Shown: positions 48,860-57,340 of the stretch, one piece after another
Position numbering within the stretch: position 1 is the stretch's first letter
How the letters are laid out: each line of letters starts with the position of its first letter
Assembly (NCBI GenBank): GCA_963752475.1
Contig: CAVVYR010000007.1
Span: forward strand, 288,001 to 352,000
Reading direction: 5' to 3'
DNA from: an uncultured Chloroflexia bacterium
GTDB lineage: Bacteria > Chloroflexota > Limnocylindria > Limnocylindrales > CSP1-4
DNA length: 64,000 nucleotides
Notes under the pieces: generated by a model
What the model saw: the letters and a program-made list of their open reading frames with translations, nothing else
Databases searched by the model: none
Told to the model about the DNA's origin: nothing
Position numbers and translations under genes: made by a program

Positions 48860-49786
48860 ATGAACGAGGACCACGGCGGCGCACCGGGCCACCGACACCC
48901 GCACCCGCCGGAAGATCCCAGCGGCCACCCCCGCATCGGGTTCGTAGGAGCCGGCCGCGTGGCCAAGGCCCTGGGCGTCGTCTTCACCCGGGCCGGCTGG
49001 CCGGTGGCCGCGGTCGCCACCCGAGATGAGGCCAACGCGGCGCGCTTCCTCGAGCTCGTGCCGAGCGCCCACGCGGTCTCCTCGATCGCGGCCGCCACCG
49101 ACGACGTCGATCTCATCTTCGTGACCGTGCCCGATGACGCCATCGCCGACGTGGCCGCCGAGCTGCGCCTCTACGCCGGCCAGGCCGCCGTCCATACCTC
49201 CGGAGCGCTGGACGTGACGGTGCTGGAGCCGGCACGCGCAGCGGGGACCCAGCTGGGTTCGTTCCATCCGATGGTCGCCTTCGCCAACCAGGAGGCCGCC
49301 GTGCGCGCGCTACCGAACAGCACCATCGCGCTCGAGGGCGACGACGAGCTCGTGGCCCTGCTGGGTCAGCTCGCGACGGACATCGGCGCTCAGCCCGTGC
49401 GCCTGCCGCCCACCGGCAAGACCGCCTACCACGCCGCAGCGGTGCTCGCGGGCGGCGGCGTCATCGGCCTGCTCGATGGCGTGGCCGAGGTCGCACGCGC
49501 TGCCGGTCTTGACGAAGCCGGCGCGTTGGCCATCTACGTGCCGCTCATCCGACAGGCGCTGACCAACGCCGAGGCCATGGGCATCGGTGATGCCCTCACC
49601 GGCCCGTTCGTGCGTGGCGACGTCGGCACCATCCGCAACCACCTCGAGACCATGCGCCGCCTGGCGCCCGGCGCCGTCGAGATGTACCGCGCCACGGCCG
49701 CTCGCGAGCTGGACCTGGCCGTCGCCAGAGGCGCCATCAGCGAGGAGCAGGCGCTGCCACTGCGGCGACTGCTGGAAGAGGAATAG
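48860..49786 (+). CDS. Rossmann-like and DUF2520 domain oxidoreductase (PanG-like)
   Basis: IGFVGAGRV, VPDDAI, HTSGA, FHPM, YHAAAV, LTGPFVRGD. Confidence 0.85.
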   Translation: MNEDHGGAPGHRHPHPPEDPSGHPRIGFVGAGRVAKALGVVFTRAGWPVAAVATRDEANAARFLELVPSAHAVSSIAAATDDVDLIFVTVPDDAIADVAAELRLYAGQAAVHTSGALDVTVLEPARAAGTQLGSFHPMVAFANQEAAVRALPNSTIALEGDDELVALLGQLATDIGAQPVRLPPTGKTAYHAAAVLAGGGVIGLLDGVAEVARAAGLDEAGALAIYVPLIRQALTNAEAMGIGDALTGPFVRGDVGTIRNHLETMRRLAPGAVEMYRATAARELDLAVARGAISEEQALPLRRLLEEE

Positions 49787-49802
49787 GCGGTACCATCGGC
49801 AC

Positions 49803-50120
49803 ATGCAGCGAGGCGTCGGCTCCATCCGCGTGACACACCGAGGGACGAGGTTCGTGTCGCGGTCCGGCTCCGCTCGTGCACCGCATCCGCTCTCGCGCAG
49901 CCACTCGCGCATCACCCCGCGGGTGCCCTCGGCCATCCGCGCCGCGGTCGTGCGCGATCCGGTCGGGGCCATCCGTCGCTCGGCACGCAGTCTGACGCCT
50001 GAGCGCGCAACCGCCTCGACCCCGGCGGCCACCATCCGGCCCGCATCGATCCACTGGTCTTCCCCCCACCGGGCGCTCCGCGACCCGCGTTCGTTCCGCG
50101 CGGTGACCCGGCCCCGCTGA
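49803..50120 (+). CDS. Putative Arg/Ser/Pro-rich small protein (105 aa), possibly leaderless
   Basis: TACCAT 6 nt before ATG; mostly G/C third positions; stop 1 nt before the NUDIX start; no recognisable domain. Confidence 0.35.
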   Translation: MQRGVGSIRVTHRGTRFVSRSGSARAPHPLSRSHSRITPRVPSAIRAAVVRDPVGAIRRSARSLTPERATASTPAATIRPASIHWSSPHRALRDPRSFRAVTRPR

Positions 50121-50121
50121 C

Positions 50122-50580
50122 GTGGGCAGATCGAGGCCCGATGCCGGTCTTCCCATCGAGCACGCCTTCAGTGCTGGAGGCGTGGTCATCCGCCACGGGC
50201 ACGACGGTCCGGAGCTCGTGCTCGGCCTGCGTCGCCATGATGGCCGCCGAGCCATCTGGTCGCTGCCCAAGGGCACACCCGACGGGGACGAGACGCCCGA
50301 GCAGACGGCCCTGCGCGAGGTCAACGAGGAGACCGGCCTCCAGGTCCGCATCCTCGACACCATCGGCGACATCCACTACCGCTTCGTGCGCGACGGTCGG
50401 CGTATCGACAAGACCGTCCACTACTACCTGATGGAGGCCACCGGCGGCGATCTGGCGGACCACGACCACGAGTTCGAGGACGTGCGCTGGGTCGAGGTCG
50501 CCGAAGCCGAGACGCTCATGCGCTTCCCGACCGAGCGCGACATCCTGGCCCGGGCCCTACCGGTGGCCGGCCTTGCCTGA
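50122..50580 (+). CDS. NUDIX hydrolase
   Basis: SAGGVV, WSLPKG and Nudix box GETPEQTALREVNEETG (as GDETPEQTALREVNEETG). Confidence 0.9.
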   Translation: MGRSRPDAGLPIEHAFSAGGVVIRHGHDGPELVLGLRRHDGRRAIWSLPKGTPDGDETPEQTALREVNEETGLQVRILDTIGDIHYRFVRDGRRIDKTVHYYLMEATGGDLADHDHEFEDVRWVEVAEAETLMRFPTERDILARALPVAGLA

Positions 50581-51680
50581 GGACGAGCTCCGTCGCACCG
50601 CGCTCCATGAGGTCCATGCCGGGCTGGGCGCCCGCTTCACCGAGTTCGGCGGCTGGGACATGCCCGTGCGCTACGGCTCGATCATCGACGAGCACGTGGC
50701 CGTGCGAACCGCGGCCGGGCTCTTCGACCTCTCGCACATGGGTGAGCTGCGCGTTGAGGGGCGTGGAGCGGGAGAAGGGCTCGCTGCCGCGCTGGTCAAC
50801 GACCCCTCGCGGTTGGCTGTCGGGCGGGCGGGCTACTCGCTGCTGTGCCAGCCCGATGGTGGGGTCATCGACGATCTGATCGTCTATCGGCTCGCCGACG
50901 AGCGCTACCTGGTCGTACCCAACGCCTCCAACCGTGAGGTCGTGGCAGCGGAGCTGGCCCACCGGCTGGCGGGCCACGACGCGCGACTGACCGACGAGAC
51001 ACTGGAGACCTCGCTGGTCGCCATCCAGGGTCCGGCAGCGTCGGGTGTCCTGGCCCGCGTCACCGACCAGCCGCTCGACTGCTATCCGCAACTACGGCGC
51101 GGCCGCGGCGGTCGTCGCCGGGCTTGACGTGTTCCTGGCCCGCACCGGCTACACCGGCGAAGACGGCTTCGAGCTCTTCTGCGCCTGGGGCGATGCGCCC
51201 GCGCTCTGGGCGGCACTCGCGGATGCCGGCGACGGGGCCGGCGTGAGGCCCTGTGGCCTCGGTGCCCGCGACACGCTGCGCCTCGAGGCCGGCATGCCGC
51301 TGTACGGCAACGAACTCGATCGCGAGACCACGCCGTTCGAGGCTGGCCTCGGCTGGGCCGTCACGCTCGAGCGCGACTTCATCGGCCGGGAGTCCCTCGC
51401 CAAGAGCGCCGAGCACCCACGCAAGCGGCTCGTCGGGCTCATGCTGCGGGCACGAGGCATCGCCCGCCATGGCTATCCGGTGACATGCGCCGGCGGCTCG
51501 GAGTTCATCGGTGTCGTCACCAGCGGCAGCCAGTCGCCCACGCTCGGCCAGGCTATCGCCATGGCCTACGTTCCGCCCGAAGACGCGGCCGCGGGTACCA
51601 TGCTCGACATCGCCGTTCGCGGAGCTGCCGTACCCGCGGAGGTGGTGCCGCTGCCGTTCTATCGCCGACCGGGCCGTTGA
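50573..51680 (+). CDS. gcvT: Glycine cleavage aminomethyltransferase T (one +1 frameshift near 51080)
   Basis: FGGWDMPVRY, FDLSHMG, IDDLIVY, AIQGP in frame 1; RTGYTGEDGFE, GLGARDTLRLEAG, TSG, VPLPFY in the +1 frame. Confidence 0.93.
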
Positions 51681-51743
51681 GCCCGGCCTGTGAGGCCCGC
51701 CGGGCGAACGTCGGGCTGTCGTTGATCGTTGGAGGACCGTGAC

Positions 51744-52124
51744 GTGGATGTACCCGAGAGCCTGCGCTACAGCAAGGATCACGAGTGGCTGCGGACCGAG
51801 GGCCACGAAGCCGTGGTCGGCATCACCGCCTATGCCGCCGAGGAGCTGGGCGATATCGTCTTCGTCGAGCTGCCAGAGGTCGGCCGGGTGCTGACCAAGG
51901 ATGAGACGCTCGGCGTCATCGAATTGGTCAAGACCGCGAGCGACCTCTTCGCGCCCGTGGCCGGCGAGGTCGTGGCCGTCAACGAGGCCCTCGCTGACGC
52001 GCCCGAGCTGGTCAACAGCGAGCCCTACGAAGGCGGCTGGATGGTCCGCCTCAAGCTCGACGATGTGTCCGCCGCCGAGTCCTTGATGGACGCCGCTGCC
52101 TACCGCGAGAGCCTCGCCGGCTAA
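51744..52124 (+). CDS. gcvH: Glycine cleavage system H protein
   Basis: YSKDHEW, GITAYA..LGDIVFVELP, lipoyl-Lys region IELVKTASDL, PELVNSEPY..GW; GGAGG RBS. Confidence 0.95.
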   Translation: MDVPESLRYSKDHEWLRTEGHEAVVGITAYAAEELGDIVFVELPEVGRVLTKDETLGVIELVKTASDLFAPVAGEVVAVNEALADAPELVNSEPYEGGWMVRLKLDDVSAAESLMDAAAYRESLAG

Positions 52125-52129
52125 GCATC

Positions 52130-53479
52130 ATGGTCTACGGCCCCCATACCCCCGAGACCCGCGCGCAGATGCTGGCCACGCTCGGCCTTGATGCGGTGGA
52201 GCGGCTGTTCGACGACATCCCCGGACCCGTCCGAGCGGACGGCCTGGCGCTGCCCGAGCCGATCTCCGAGCTCGATCTCAGCCGCGAGCTGGCGGCGCTG
52301 GCCGGCGCCAACCGCGTCGACCTGGCCTCCTTCCTCGGCGCCGGCGTGTACCAGCACCACATCCCCTCGGCCGTGGACGCCGTGCTCTCGCGGGGCGAGT
52401 TCTACACCGCCTACACGCCCTACCAGCCCGAGATCAGCCAGGGCACGCTTCAGACGATCTACGAGTTCCAGTCGTTGCTGGGCCAGCTGACGGGCCTGCC
52501 CGTCGTCTCGGCCTCGCACTACGACGGGGCAACTGCCACCGCGGAGGCGGCACTGATGACCGTGCGCGCCACGCGACGTGATCGCGTGCTCGTGAGCCGT
52601 GCTCTCCATCGCCACTACATCGAGACCGCGCGCACGTACTTCGCGGCCGGCACCCGCGAGCTCGAGGAGCTGCCCACGACGCCCGATGGCCTCACCGATC
52701 TCGAAGCCCTAGAAGCGGCCCTGGCGGACCCTGACCGGCCGGTCGCCGGCGTCATCCTGGGTCAGCCCAACGCCTTCGGGCTGCTGGAACCGATGGCACG
52801 GGCGGCTCAGCTGGCACACACGGCCGGCGCGCTCTTCGTGGCCGTGGTCGAGCCCACGTCGCTGGCCGTGCTGGCACCGCCCTCGGACTACGGCGCCGAC
52901 ATCGCCGCGGGGGAGGGGCAACCGCTGGGCATCGCGCCCCAGTACGGCGGTCCCTACCTGGGCCTGCTCGCCTGCACCAAGGAGTTGATGCGTCAGATCC
53001 CCGGCCGGCTCGTGGGCAAGACCACCGACATCGAGGGCCGCCGCGCCTTCGTCATGACGTTGCGCGCGCGAGAGCAGGACATCCGCCGTGACAAGGCCGC
53101 CTCCAACATCTGCACCAACCAGGCGCTCTGTGCGCTGGCGGCGACGACGTACCTGGCCACGCTCGGCCCCCACGGGTTGCGTGATGTAGCCGCGGCCGGT
53201 GCGGCCGCCGCCCACCGGCTCGAAGCGGCCCTGTCTACGGCCGGCTTCGAGCGCGTCCACTCGGCGTCATACCTCAACGAGTTCGCCGTGCGCGTGCCTG
53301 ACGCTGCCTCGACCCATGCCCGGTTGCTCGAACGCGATGTGCTCGCGGGTCTGCCGCTGAGCACCTGGTATCCCGATGACCCCGCGCTGACCGATGCGCT
53401 GCTGCTGTGCACCACGGAGTTGACCACCGACGACGACATCGAGCGCCTCGTGGCGGGACTGACGGAGGTGGCGGCATGA
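52130..53479 (+). CDS. gcvPA: Glycine dehydrogenase subunit alpha
   Basis: FLGAGVY.H, EFYTAYTPYQPEISQGTLQ, YDGATA, GEGQPLG, REQDIRRDKAASNICTNQ. Confidence 0.95.
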   Translation: MVYGPHTPETRAQMLATLGLDAVERLFDDIPGPVRADGLALPEPISELDLSRELAALAGANRVDLASFLGAGVYQHHIPSAVDAVLSRGEFYTAYTPYQPEISQGTLQTIYEFQSLLGQLTGLPVVSASHYDGATATAEAALMTVRATRRDRVLVSRALHRHYIETARTYFAAGTRELEELPTTPDGLTDLEALEAALADPDRPVAGVILGQPNAFGLLEPMARAAQLAHTAGALFVAVVEPTSLAVLAPPSDYGADIAAGEGQPLGIAPQYGGPYLGLLACTKELMRQIPGRLVGKTTDIEGRRAFVMTLRAREQDIRRDKAASNICTNQALCALAATTYLATLGPHGLRDVAAAGAAAAHRLEAALSTAGFERVHSASYLNEFAVRVPDAASTHARLLERDVLAGLPLSTWYPDDPALTDALLLCTTELTTDDDIERLVAGLTEVAA

Positions 53480-55038
53480 CCGAGCCGAACCTCGCCACCA
53501 ACCGACCGCGCCCTATCCTGCAGCCGGAGAACACCCGGCGTTCGGCCGTGGGTCCGGACCTGCAGCCGCTGCTCTCCGAGCTCCACGCCCCGGGTCGCTC
53601 CTCGTTCAAGGTGCCTCACACCCCGGCCGACGCGCTGGAGGGTGTGCCTCCGGAGCATGTGCGCACCTCACCGCTGGCACTGCCGGAGATCGACGAGCCC
53701 ACGGTCGTGCACCACTTCGTGCGCCTCTCGCACCTCAACTACTCGGTCGACAGCGGCCTCTATCCGCTGGGCTCGTGCACCATGAAGTACAACCCCAAGA
53801 TCAACGAGCAGGCTGCCCGCCTGCCCGGTTTCGCCGGCCTCCACCCGCTGGCCCCAGACGCCCTGGCGCAGGGCAGCCTGGAGCTGATGTGGACGCTGCA
53901 GCGGCAGCTGGCCGAGATCGGCGGCTTCGACGCGGTCTCCCTGCAGCCGGCGGCCGGGGCCCACGGTGAGCTCGCGGGCATCCTCGTCATCCGCGCCTAC
54001 CATCTCGAGCGCGGCGAGGTCGAGCGTGACGAGGTCATCGTGCCCGACTCCTCGCATGGCACCAACCCAGCCACGGCCTCGATGGCCGGGTTCAAGACCG
54101 TGACCATCAAGTCCACCGCTGACGGGCTCGTCGACATCGAGGCCCTGCGTGAGGCGCTGGGTCCCAGCACGGCCGCGGTGATGCTCACGAACCCATCCAC
54201 GCTCGGGCTCTTCGAGCACCACGTGGTCGAGCTGCTCGACGCGGTCCACGAGGCCGGCGCGCTGGCCTACATGGACGGCGCCAACATGAACGCGGTGCTG
54301 GGCCACTTCCGTCCGGGTGAGGCCGGCTTCGACGTCATGCACTTCAACCTGCACAAGACGTTCTCGACGCCCCACGGCGGTGGCGGTCCGGGTGCCGGCC
54401 CCATCGCGGTCGCGGAACACCTGCTGCCCTACCTGCCCGAGCCTCTCGTGGTCCGTGAAGACGACGGTTCGTTCCGGCTCGAGGCGCCAGGGGAGCGCCC
54501 CGGCTCGATCGGCCGCATGCGCGCCTACGGGGGCAGCGTCGGCGTGCTGGTCCGTGCCTATGCCTACATCCGGGCCCACGGCGGATCGGGCCTGCGCGAG
54601 GTGAGTGAGGACGCGGTGCTGGCGGCCAACTACCTGCGCGCTCGCGTCGGTGAGGCCTACGTCCTGCCCGTCGATGGTCTCTGCAAGCACGAGTTCGTGG
54701 CCAGCGCCAGCACCATCAAGGAGGAGACGGGCGTGCGCACGCTCGACATCGCCAAGCGCCTCATCGACCACGGCTATCACCCACCTACGATCTACTTCCC
54801 GCTCATCGTCGACGAGTGCCTGCTCATCGAGCCGACCGAGACCGAGTCGCTCGAGACGCTGGACGCTTTCGCCGACGCCCTCATCGCCGTCGCTCGTGAG
54901 GCCTACGAGGACCCCGAGCTGCTGACCTCCGCGCCCCATGATGCACCGGTGCGACGGCTCGATGAGACCACCGCGGCCCGCAAGCCGGACCTGCATTGGC
55001 AGCCGATGACCGGATCGGAGCGTCCATGCCCCCAGTGA
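53476..55038 (+). CDS. gcvPB: Glycine dehydrogenase subunit beta
   Basis: YPLGSCTMKYNP, QPAAGAHGE, HGTNPA, DGANMNA, HFNLHKTFSTPHGGGGPG, IEPTETES. Confidence 0.95.
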   Translation: MTEPNLATNRPRPILQPENTRRSAVGPDLQPLLSELHAPGRSSFKVPHTPADALEGVPPEHVRTSPLALPEIDEPTVVHHFVRLSHLNYSVDSGLYPLGSCTMKYNPKINEQAARLPGFAGLHPLAPDALAQGSLELMWTLQRQLAEIGGFDAVSLQPAAGAHGELAGILVIRAYHLERGEVERDEVIVPDSSHGTNPATASMAGFKTVTIKSTADGLVDIEALREALGPSTAAVMLTNPSTLGLFEHHVVELLDAVHEAGALAYMDGANMNAVLGHFRPGEAGFDVMHFNLHKTFSTPHGGGGPGAGPIAVAEHLLPYLPEPLVVREDDGSFRLEAPGERPGSIGRMRAYGGSVGVLVRAYAYIRAHGGSGLREVSEDAVLAANYLRARVGEAYVLPVDGLCKHEFVASASTIKEETGVRTLDIAKRLIDHGYHPPTIYFPLIVDECLLIEPTETESLETLDAFADALIAVAREAYEDPELLTSAPHDAPVRRLDETTAARKPDLHWQPMTGSERPCPQ

Positions 55039-57110
55039 ACCCATCGCGCCTGAAGCTGCCTGCGGCCGCGCTCGCGGGCCTCTTCGTGGTCAGCGCCTGC
55101 CTGACCGACCCCGCCACGCCCCCACCGGAGGAGACGGCGACGGCGGGCCCCACCGAAGTGGCCGCGAGCACCGAGGAGGGCGGCGAGGAGACGACCGAAC
55201 CCACCGCTACGCCGGCGCCGACGCCGGCGCCGACGATCCGACCGACCACCGACGACAGGCTCGTCGTCATCGCGCCCGAGCACCCCACGCGCCTGCTGCC
55301 GGGCGACAACCTCAACGCCACCGAGCAGCTCCTCGTCGACGTGCTCTACGACCCGCTGTACCGGCTGGACAAGGACATGCGGCCGGTGCCGGAGCTGGCC
55401 AAGGACTTCCCCCAGATCAAGAAGACCGACGACGGCTACGAGTGGACGATCCCCATCAAGATCGATGCCCGCTTCCACAGCGGCCAGAAGCTCAAGGCCA
55501 GCGATGTGCTGTTCTCGTTGCGCATGGCCGCCTCGCACTCCTGTCCGCTGGGCCGAAACCTGTGTGAGACCGTGCGCACTTACATGACCGAGGACCCCGT
55601 CCGCGACGACAACGTCGTGACCTTCACGCTCTCGGAGCCGTACGCACCGTTCCTGACCGAGGTCCTCGCGCAGCTACCGATCCTCTCGCAGGAGGACGTC
55701 AAGGACGCCACGCGCGACCTCATCAGCGCCGCCGACCGGCTCAACGAGAACCGGCCGGACAAGCTCATCGCCGATATCTACGACGCCGTCCTCAGCGACG
55801 AGTGCTCCGAGGCCGATCCGCCCAGGGGCTGCCGCCTGACCGACTACCGCAGGCAGCTTGAGCAGGTCTTCCGGCGTGCCGAGATCGAGCTACCCGCGGA
55901 GGCGCCCTATACCGACAGCACGGGCTACTTCGACGAGGACACCTACCTCGGCGATCTGCTCGACCGCCTGGCCGCGCTGGCGCAGGTCTTCGACAGCGAG
56001 GACCAGGACAAGAACTCGGCCGCGCTGGGTCTGCTCGACGCCTCGGTCACGCCCTTCGGTGGCGGCCCCTACGAGCTCGTGAACATCCGCAGGGACGGGA
56101 CCTACGTGCTCAAGGCCAATCAGAAACACACCCGCAACGTGGCCAACATCGGGCGCATGGAGGTGCGCATCGAGCAGGATCCGGAGGTGGCCACCGCGCA
56201 GCTGCTCAACGGTGCCGCGGACTGGGTGCTCGAAGTGCGCGACGACCAGGCTGACATCATCGAGGCGGCCGAGGGCTACCGTGCTGCCGCCCGCCCCACC
56301 GACGTCCAGTACGGCGTGCTCTTCAACGTTCGACCGGACAAGGTCTACTTCGACATCCAGACCCGTCGCGCCTTCGTCGAGTGCATCGACCACGAAGGTC
56401 TGGCCACCGTCCTCGAGGAGGATCAGCCGCTGGCGACCACGCCCTACACGGCCACGTCGTGGGCCATACCCGAAGGCGTGGAGCTGACCCCTCGCAACGT
56501 CGAGTCTGCCAACCAGTGGCTGGACATGGCCGGCTGGCAGATGGCGGCCGATGGGGTGCGCGTGCGGGAGGACGGCACCCGGTTGTCGACCTCGATCGCG
56601 GTGCGTCCCACCAACGTGGAGCTGTTCAGGTTCGCCACCGCTGCCACCGAGCAGCTGGCCGAGTGCGGCATCGAGCTGGTCGTCGACGAGCTCGATCTCA
56701 CCGGCGGCGACATGCTCAACCAGCTGCGCTATCCGAACGACTTCGACACCCTGATGTGGACGCGCTGGCTCGGAGCCGATCCGGACACGGCCGTGCGCGC
56801 CTTCGAGTCGTCGCGCATCACGACCGAGGACCATGTCGCCGACGAGAACGCCAGCGGCTTCACCTCGGAGCTGGTCGACCTGCACGTGGCCAACGCGCGC
56901 GAGACCATGTCGGAGGAAGAGCGAGCCGCGTCGTACGCCTCGGTCAACGAGGAGATCGAGAAGCTCATCCCGTACTGGCCGCTCTGGTACGAGTCCCAGA
57001 CCAGCGCCGTCTCGGCTCGCCTGAAGGACAGGGAGGGTCCAGTGGACCCCGCGGTCTCACGCTACCACTGGGACGTCTCGAGCTGGTCGTTCACCGGCGA
57101 GGCTGAGTGA
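55035..57110 (+). CDS. ABC transporter substrate-binding lipoprotein, family 5 (Opp/Dpp)
   Basis: GTGA overlap with gcvPB; lipobox VSAC; LYDPLY..PVPELA, FHSG..LKASDV.FS, GGGPY, GVRVREDG. Confidence 0.85.
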   Translation: MNPSRLKLPAAALAGLFVVSACLTDPATPPPEETATAGPTEVAASTEEGGEETTEPTATPAPTPAPTIRPTTDDRLVVIAPEHPTRLLPGDNLNATEQLLVDVLYDPLYRLDKDMRPVPELAKDFPQIKKTDDGYEWTIPIKIDARFHSGQKLKASDVLFSLRMAASHSCPLGRNLCETVRTYMTEDPVRDDNVVTFTLSEPYAPFLTEVLAQLPILSQEDVKDATRDLISAADRLNENRPDKLIADIYDAVLSDECSEADPPRGCRLTDYRRQLEQVFRRAEIELPAEAPYTDSTGYFDEDTYLGDLLDRLAALAQVFDSEDQDKNSAALGLLDASVTPFGGGPYELVNIRRDGTYVLKANQKHTRNVANIGRMEVRIEQDPEVATAQLLNGAADWVLEVRDDQADIIEAAEGYRAAARPTDVQYGVLFNVRPDKVYFDIQTRRAFVECIDHEGLATVLEEDQPLATTPYTATSWAIPEGVELTPRNVESANQWLDMAGWQMAADGVRVREDGTRLSTSIAVRPTNVELFRFATAATEQLAECGIELVVDELDLTGGDMLNQLRYPNDFDTLMWTRWLGADPDTAVRAFESSRITTEDHVADENASGFTSELVDLHVANARETMSEEERAASYASVNEEIEKLIPYWPLWYESQTSAVSARLKDREGPVDPAVSRYHWDVSSWSFTGEAE

Positions 57111-57340
57111 GCCGCGGGTGCGCTGAGTCAGCCGCGGGTACAAGGTCGTCCGTCCCAAGGACCTCTGGCTCTGTGGTCGACGCTTTCGTAGAGGCTCTAT
57201 ACAATCCAACGATGCCTGCGACCCTCCATGGGAGACGTGCGCCTGCGTGCACGGATAGGGATGGTCCGCAGTCGAGAGCCCCAATCGCGATCCCTCGGCC
57301 ATCTAGGCCAGGGACGCGCCAAAGAGGAGGAACCTCTCTG

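Noticed and set aside
48731-49267. N-terminal extension of AcnA (1070-aa ORF); likewise MurF from 9868 and MurB from 16390
   Set aside because: The extensions overlap neighbouring genes; conserved domains begin at the downstream starts used here.
49787-50572. Glycine riboswitch upstream of gcvT
   Set aside because: No recognisable GGAGA...CCGAAG / CTCTCAGG aptamer motifs; gcvT overlaps the NUDIX gene.
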